From an uncultured candidate division Zixibacteria bacterium (GTDB taxonomy: Bacteria > Zixibacteria > MSB-5A5 > GN15 > PGXB01): 64,000 bases of DNA. Position 1 is the first letter of the stretch, and every line of letters starts with the position of its first letter. The notes beneath the pieces are model-generated. The model saw nothing but the letters and a program-made list of their open reading frames with translations, did no database searches and was not told the origin of the DNA. Position numbers and translations under genes: made by a program. This document shows, piece by piece, positions 58,495-64,000 of this stretch. The DNA lies in NCBI GenBank assembly GCA_963702205.1, contig OY969724.1, positions 1,664,001 to 1,728,000 on the forward strand, read 5' to 3'.

Positions 58495-61400
58495 ATGTGG
58501 ACCATTGCGGTTTTTGTGTCAATGCTATTTGTATTTTCAAGCTCGTACGGTCAGGTCAATCTGACAGGTAACCTGACCGACTATATCGACAATATTGTCG
58601 ACCAGATACCGGGGACGACTCCTGCTAATTTGTACCAGGTTCCGAACTCTTCGGAGACGTCGATCTGGCGGCAGATCATTCAGGATATTATGACCGGTGA
58701 TTATGCCAACGCAAACAACCAGGCGGCATCCCTGGAGTACAGAGTCGTTCATTACACGGATAATTCCGTCAACCCCAATCACGAATACTACGTTCTGGAA
58801 CGCGTTTCGGGAGCAACCTCTCATTACTGGGGAACCTTTGTTTTCAATACAAATCCGTTGCGGTATCGTCTCGTGATCCAGAGTCCGCACCCTGAGAACG
58901 ACCGCAATACCGGTTATCAGGGTTTTCGGGTGTTCAAGGAAGCCGGGGCGCGGGCCTTTTTCGTTTCCGGTATCCACCGCTGCAACAATACGACCGACAG
59001 CCCGTGTGACGGAACAACCACGACCTGCACCGGGTCAGCGGCACCGTACCGGGTTTCGGATCCGCCGCACAATGTTACCGGGACATTCCAGATAACGACC
59101 GAAGAGATGCTGGCCTATATTCCCGACCTGTTCATAATTCAGCCCCACGGATTTTCCAAGGGCACGGGCGACCCGGATGTCATCGCCAGTAACGGGTCGC
59201 GTTACACCCCGGCCGGGACGGACTATCTGGTCGAATTGTGTAATAATTATTATGCACAGGACAACAGCCTGACTTTCAAAATCGCACACATCGACCTCGA
59301 CTGGGATGAATTGATCGCGCGAACCAACGTGCAGGGGAGATTGCTGAATCAAGTTGTGGACCCGTGCGGGACGTACGCAACGATGGCATCGGGGCGGTTC
59401 TTTCATCTGGAGCAGGCCTATGATAAACTCCGCGACAGTGAAGCGAATTGGTACAAGCTGGTTAACGCCGTGATTTTGACCTTCCCCGAAGACAACGGGA
59501 TGATATCCAGGCAATCAGGTTCGTGGACCGATCCGGAGACCTGGCTGTCGGGAACAGTGCCGGGCCCGAATGACAACGTATCGATTCTCGAAGGGCATGT
59601 TATAACGGTCGATAACGATCAGGCCGAATGCCATTCGATAGTGTTCGGCGGGCCCAACGCACATATCGATATGAACGCCAACAGCCGCCTTACGGTATAC
59701 GGCGATTTCATGCTGTACAGCCAAACCCATAACGTCTTCTCAGCCGGGTGGTCGGCCGAAAACGCCGTAGTCAGATTCGCCGGAGATGAAGACCAGCTCC
59801 TGAGCGGCTGGAGCACGTCGGGCGGGTCGACGTCGTTCCGCGACGTTATTATAGAAAAAGGTCCGGATGCAATCGTAAGAACCGATGGAAGCGGCATGCG
59901 CCTCGGAATCCAGAACAGCCTCGATATCATAAGCGGTATTCTCAGCATAGAGCCGGATGATGATATCGAAGCGCGTTGGGCGTCGAGCGGGAATTTAACC
60001 AGCAACCAGGATTTAAACGTTACCGTCGAAGCCAACGGACGACTGCGTCTGATCGACGGTGACGGAACGCATTTTATCCGCAGTGGCGCCGGATCGCTGC
60101 CAATCGGCAGGATGACCATATACGGGAACGTGGAATTGTACGACGCCAGCTCTTATGACATAAGCATCGACGGGATAGACATCAAAGACGGCGGGACGCT
60201 CGAAGTCGGAACCGGGCTGGGCAGTACAACCTACGGTCCTGAGTTTAATCCGGGGCTGATAAATATCGAGTCCGGTGGGTCGCTTTACAATGTCACGACT
60301 TCGGACGTTTGGTTTGACACCACGGTCGTCGACCTGCAGCCGGGCGGGACGTACAAGACGTCGAGCAGTTCAACCATATTCCCTCCGACGCTGTATAACA
60401 ATGCCAAGGTGCGCTATCAACGCGATCCTGTGACCGTGGCTACCGATCAGGTCGTGGTCGATACGGGATATATCGATATCGAGTTCAGTTTCAACGGCAA
60501 CGCCACCAAAAAAATCTGGAGCCTGACCAATGACCGGGCGATTGTCGACAGCCTGATAGTCAATAACGACGCGGAATTTATTCTCGAGGCGTCCTCGCCT
60601 CACACGCTGACGGTCGGAGGAACTATCCGCCTGACCAGCGGTGTGCTGGACAATGATAACGGCAGTGCCGTCCTGGCTCTGGCCGACGGAGGAGTAATAT
60701 CCCGCGCTTATGGAGAAATTTCGACGGCCCCGCAATTTCTCGGTTCGGCCAGCGTCCGCTATAGCAGCAATACGACCCCGGTGTTGACCGGTCCCGAACT
60801 CCCGACTGATGAAAACGTGCTGTACGATCTTATCATCGACAGCGACGTCGGTGTCACTCTCGGTTCCAATGTGACGGTCAATCATGCCCTTCAGATAAAT
60901 GATGGTCCTTTTATGACGTCGGGTTTTACGGCCACACTCGGGGCCAATGCGACTATCGACGAGAGTTCCGGTTATATTGCTCGTGGAAGGGTTCAGACGA
61001 CCATTATTTTGACTCAAAGCACGAACGAAGATTTCGGCGGCCTCGGTGTCGAAATTAATGCGGTCGGAGCCGCGCCGGGTCAAACCTCGGTTGTCCGCAC
61101 TACCGGTGCCGCGCAATCGCTTCCGGGCGGAGCCTCGGTATCGAGGTGTTTCGACATAGTCCCACAGAACAACTCGGGCCTTAATGCAACGATTGTTTTC
61201 CACTATGACGAATCGGAATTGAACGACAATGAAGAAACGCATCTTCAGTTGTACTCATCGGACGACGGTGGCGCAAACTGGACACCGCGCGGTGGGACCA
61301 TTGATACGGACGCCAACACAGTGACGCTGTCCGGGGTGGACAGTTTCTCTGTGTGGACGCTCGGCTCGGAGGTGTCGTACATCTGCGGCGACGCCAACAA

Positions 61401-61581
61401 CGACGGACATGTCAACTTGCTGGATATACTATTCCTGATATCGAACATTTATGAAGAAGGCCCCGATCCGCTTCATTTCGAAGCGGCCGACGTCGACAGC
61501 TCCGGCAATTTGAATCTGCTCGATATACTCAAGCTGATAGACAATTTGTACGGTGCGGGGAACCCGCTGAACTGCCAGTAA
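58495..61581 (+). CDS. Paralog: putative Zn-hydrolase head, one beta-rich module, dockerin
   Basis: QSPH, IQPHG and HLEQ head; the same module; CGDANNDGHVNLLDIL...DVDSSGNLNLLDIL. Start uncertain (58396-58495). Confidence 0.88.
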   Translation: MWTIAVFVSMLFVFSSSYGQVNLTGNLTDYIDNIVDQIPGTTPANLYQVPNSSETSIWRQIIQDIMTGDYANANNQAASLEYRVVHYTDNSVNPNHEYYVLERVSGATSHYWGTFVFNTNPLRYRLVIQSPHPENDRNTGYQGFRVFKEAGARAFFVSGIHRCNNTTDSPCDGTTTTCTGSAAPYRVSDPPHNVTGTFQITTEEMLAYIPDLFIIQPHGFSKGTGDPDVIASNGSRYTPAGTDYLVELCNNYYAQDNSLTFKIAHIDLDWDELIARTNVQGRLLNQVVDPCGTYATMASGRFFHLEQAYDKLRDSEANWYKLVNAVILTFPEDNGMISRQSGSWTDPETWLSGTVPGPNDNVSILEGHVITVDNDQAECHSIVFGGPNAHIDMNANSRLTVYGDFMLYSQTHNVFSAGWSAENAVVRFAGDEDQLLSGWSTSGGSTSFRDVIIEKGPDAIVRTDGSGMRLGIQNSLDIISGILSIEPDDDIEARWASSGNLTSNQDLNVTVEANGRLRLIDGDGTHFIRSGAGSLPIGRMTIYGNVELYDASSYDISIDGIDIKDGGTLEVGTGLGSTTYGPEFNPGLINIESGGSLYNVTTSDVWFDTTVVDLQPGGTYKTSSSSTIFPPTLYNNAKVRYQRDPVTVATDQVVVDTGYIDIEFSFNGNATKKIWSLTNDRAIVDSLIVNNDAEFILEASSPHTLTVGGTIRLTSGVLDNDNGSAVLALADGGVISRAYGEISTAPQFLGSASVRYSSNTTPVLTGPELPTDENVLYDLIIDSDVGVTLGSNVTVNHALQINDGPFMTSGFTATLGANATIDESSGYIARGRVQTTIILTQSTNEDFGGLGVEINAVGAAPGQTSVVRTTGAAQSLPGGASVSRCFDIVPQNNSGLNATIVFHYDESELNDNEETHLQLYSSDDGGANWTPRGGTIDTDANTVTLSGVDSFSVWTLGSEVSYICGDANNDGHVNLLDILFLISNIYEEGPDPLHFEAADVDSSGNLNLLDILKLIDNLYGAGNPLNCQ

Positions 61582-61664
61582 CGGGAGGGAAGAGGATGAT
61601 GAATAAAACGGAACGGCTTACACTAAATATAAAGGTCAGGTGAATTCACCATAGGAGGTAATGT

Positions 61665-64000
61665 ATGAAGGGTGTTGCTCTAATGTTAGCGATGATCCTG
61701 CTCCTCGGCTTCGGAACTGTGTTCGGTCAGATTCAGACGGCACAGTCGGGACCCTGGCAGGATCCCGACACTTGGCAGGGTGGCGTCATTCCGACGTCTG
61801 CCGATGACGTTTTCATCAATGCGGGACAAACCGTCTCGGTCGATGACGACCTGTCAGAGTGTCATTCCATTTCTTTCGGGGGCGATGATGCACTTATTGA
61901 TATGAACGCCAATGGCATGTTGAGCGTGTACGGGGATTTTACGCTGTTCAGCACGAGCCACAACGTCTTTTCGGCGGGCTGGTCGGCATCCAGTGCTTTT
62001 GTCAAGTTCACCGGCGACGAACCGGTGCAGACACTGAGCGGCTGGAATACCGGCGGCGGCTCGACGTCGTTCCGCGACGCCATCATCGACAAGCCGGTCG
62101 GAACCGAAGTGACGACGGGCGGCAACGGCATGAAAATCTGTTTCCAGAACAGCCTTGAAATCGTCAGCGGGACGTTTACGCTTTCCGACGACGACGATCT
62201 GGAAGCGCGCTGGGCGTCGAGCGGCAATTTCACCAACAATCAGACCCTCACCGTCACGGTACAGGCCGACGGCGAGTTTATTCTGGTCGACGGCGGCGGC
62301 TCGCATTTTATCCGCAGCAATACCGGTTCCACGCCGATCGGGCCGATGGTTTTGTACGGGAAGGCCGAATTCACGGACGCCAGTTCGAGTGATATCAGTG
62401 TCGGCGGCTTCACCGTCAAAGACGGCGGCCTTCTCGAAATCGGGACCGGTCTGGGAAGTACAACCTATGGTCCGGAATTCAACTGCGGGCCGGTTGTCAT
62501 CGAATCCGGCGGAGAGGTCTTGAATGTAACGACGTCCGACGTCTGGTTCGAAGGATCATCGCTGGAAATACAACCCGGCGGGACTTTCCGCACGAACAGC
62601 AGTACAACTACGTTTCCGGCGGCTTTCACGAATAACGGAAAGGTTCGTTACGAGAGGAATCCGTCGAGCGCTTCGACCGATCAGGAAGTGGTCGACATGG
62701 ACTATATCGACGTGGAGTTCAGCTTCAACGGAAACGACACCAGGAAACTATGGACGCTGACAGCCGACCGCTTCGTGACCGACAGCTTCACGACCAACAA
62801 CAGCGCCGAACTTGTTCTGGGCGCCGAGGCACCGCAGACGGTTACGGTCGGCGGGACGATGCGCATGACGAGCGGTATGATCGACATCACCGACCCCGAT
62901 GTGACACTCGCCCTGGGCGACGGCGTTCTCGTTTCGCGGGCAACGGGCGAGATCACTGGCGCTCCTCAATTTCTGGGCACCGTGGATCTTCGCTATACCA
63001 GCTCGGTGACCTCCGTCACGACCGGGCCGGAAATGCCGACCGGTCCCTCGGCGATAAACGATATTACGATCAAATCTCCGGACCAGGTCGTCACCCTCGG
63101 TGCCGACGCCACCGCCAACGGTATTGTACTATTGGAAGAAGGAACCCTGTCCACCGGCAGCTTCACACTTGCTTTGAGCGAAAGCGCAACGCTGGACGAA
63201 ACCGCCGGATTTACGGTGCAGGGCCATGTCTCGGCCATGAACGACCTCGCGAAAAGCGTTTACAGCGATTTCAGCGGCATCGGGTTGGAGATTACGGCCG
63301 ACGGTACCGCCCCCGGAGAAACCTCGGTTGTGCGTGTCACCGGTTCGCCGTTGACTCTGACAGGCGGCCAGCCGGGTATTGCGCGCTACTTTGATGTATC
63401 ACCGGCGGTCAATTCCGGACTCGACGCGACTTTGATAATTCACTACACCGACGAAGAACTGAACGGTCTCGATGAAGGTACGCTCACGGCGTATTCATCG
63501 GACAACGGCGGGGCTTCATGGGCGCAGCACGAGGGAACGCTCGACGATGCAGCCAATACGTTTACCGTAACGGGTGTGGACGGATTATCGCTGTGGACGC
63601 TGGGCAATCCGGTTACGTCGGCGGAAAAAACCATGGAGATTTCCCCGGAACCGTTGATGTCGGTTCATGCCTATGCGTACGGCGGCCCGGCCATGGTTTG
63701 GTTTAATTTCGGACCCGGTTCGGAATCCGATATCGCCGACGTCGACCTGGCCAGCCTGACCGTCAATGGTGTTGCTCCGGTTAGTACACCGGTAATCGTC
63801 CCGGCCCGCGAAGGTTTTGTCGGTGACGTCATTGAAATTCAGGTTCCTCTGCACCTGTTGGCGAGAAGCTACGGTATGCTCTGGAACCTGAGCGTTCAGG
63901 ATTACACGGTAGCGGGGGCATTGAACGACGCCTCGCCGTTTACCGCGGTCGGACAGGTCGATTTTATCGGCCACACTCTCGGCAGCGTTGACGGAAACGA
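61665..64000 (+). CDS. Third paralog, no hydrolase head: signal peptide, beta-rich module, extra domain, probable dockerin start; runs off window
   Basis: GGAGG RBS; MKGVALMLAMILLLGFGTVFG-QIQTAQSGPWQDPDTW. The frame stays open to the window end, finishing ...DFIGHTLGSVDGN. It is absent from the ORF track because no stop codon falls in the window. Confidence 0.88.
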   Translation, partial: MKGVALMLAMILLLGFGTVFGQIQTAQSGPWQDPDTWQGGVIPTSADDVFINAGQTVSVDDDLSECHSISFGGDDALIDMNANGMLSVYGDFTLFSTSHNVFSAGWSASSAFVKFTGDEPVQTLSGWNTGGGSTSFRDAIIDKPVGTEVTTGGNGMKICFQNSLEIVSGTFTLSDDDDLEARWASSGNFTNNQTLTVTVQADGEFILVDGGGSHFIRSNTGSTPIGPMVLYGKAEFTDASSSDISVGGFTVKDGGLLEIGTGLGSTTYGPEFNCGPVVIESGGEVLNVTTSDVWFEGSSLEIQPGGTFRTNSSTTTFPAAFTNNGKVRYERNPSSASTDQEVVDMDYIDVEFSFNGNDTRKLWTLTADRFVTDSFTTNNSAELVLGAEAPQTVTVGGTMRMTSGMIDITDPDVTLALGDGVLVSRATGEITGAPQFLGTVDLRYTSSVTSVTTGPEMPTGPSAINDITIKSPDQVVTLGADATANGIVLLEEGTLSTGSFTLALSESATLDETAGFTVQGHVSAMNDLAKSVYSDFSGIGLEITADGTAPGETSVVRVTGSPLTLTGGQPGIARYFDVSPAVNSGLDATLIIHYTDEELNGLDEGTLTAYSSDNGGASWAQHEGTLDDAANTFTVTGVDGLSLWTLGNPVTSAEKTMEISPEPLMSVHAYAYGGPAMVWFNFGPGSESDIADVDLASLTVNGVAPVSTPVIVPAREGFVGDVIEIQVPLHLLARSYGMLWNLSVQDYTVAGALNDASPFTAVGQVDFIGHTLGSVDGN

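Noticed and set aside
52728..64000. Diversity-generating retroelement or assembly duplication behind the repeated modules
   Set aside because: No reverse transcriptase is present in the window, and the copies differ throughout at synonymous sites rather than only at adenines.
1..64000. Genome-wide UGA reassignment (alternative genetic code)
   Set aside because: TGA ends many conserved genes at their expected C-termini (e.g. tldE, degP, pgsB); read-through is indicated only at two Cys-equivalent sites.

Overview
This is a bacterial chromosomal window. The dockerin-tailed and NYPNPFNP-tailed secreted proteins and the short sigma-70 suggest candidate division Zixibacteria or a related FCB-like lineage; that is inference only. 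From left to right it holds: an NtrC/NtrY-like two-component pair; a copper-resistance cluster (Met-rich exported protein, SHOCT, twin-YHS, CopA); tldD-tldE; two selenoproteins missed by the ORF track (peroxiredoxin-like UPYC, and HesB-like GUSGP beside a Cys paralog); a PEP-CTERM gene; a cohesin-like secreted protein; a tandem Ser/Thr kinase; a repeat-flanked FG-GAP protein; a folate/pantothenate operon containing an aminotransferase homolog without its catalytic lysine; degP; a sigma-70; two membrane glycosyltransferases; and tRNA-Leu(CAG) followed by a 2.8-kb island remnant with an IS256. The most striking feature is a >22-kb co-directional locus (41586 to window end) divergent from a sigma-54 two-component system. 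It couples poly-gamma-glutamate synthesis (pgsB-pgsC-pgsW), a GGT, an M14 deacylase, a DctM-like permease and an outer-membrane barrel with three giant paralogous dockerin-bearing proteins, two of which carry a putative Zn-amidohydrolase head. Five genes carry frameshifts that all map to GTAC sites, most likely modification-linked sequencing errors.
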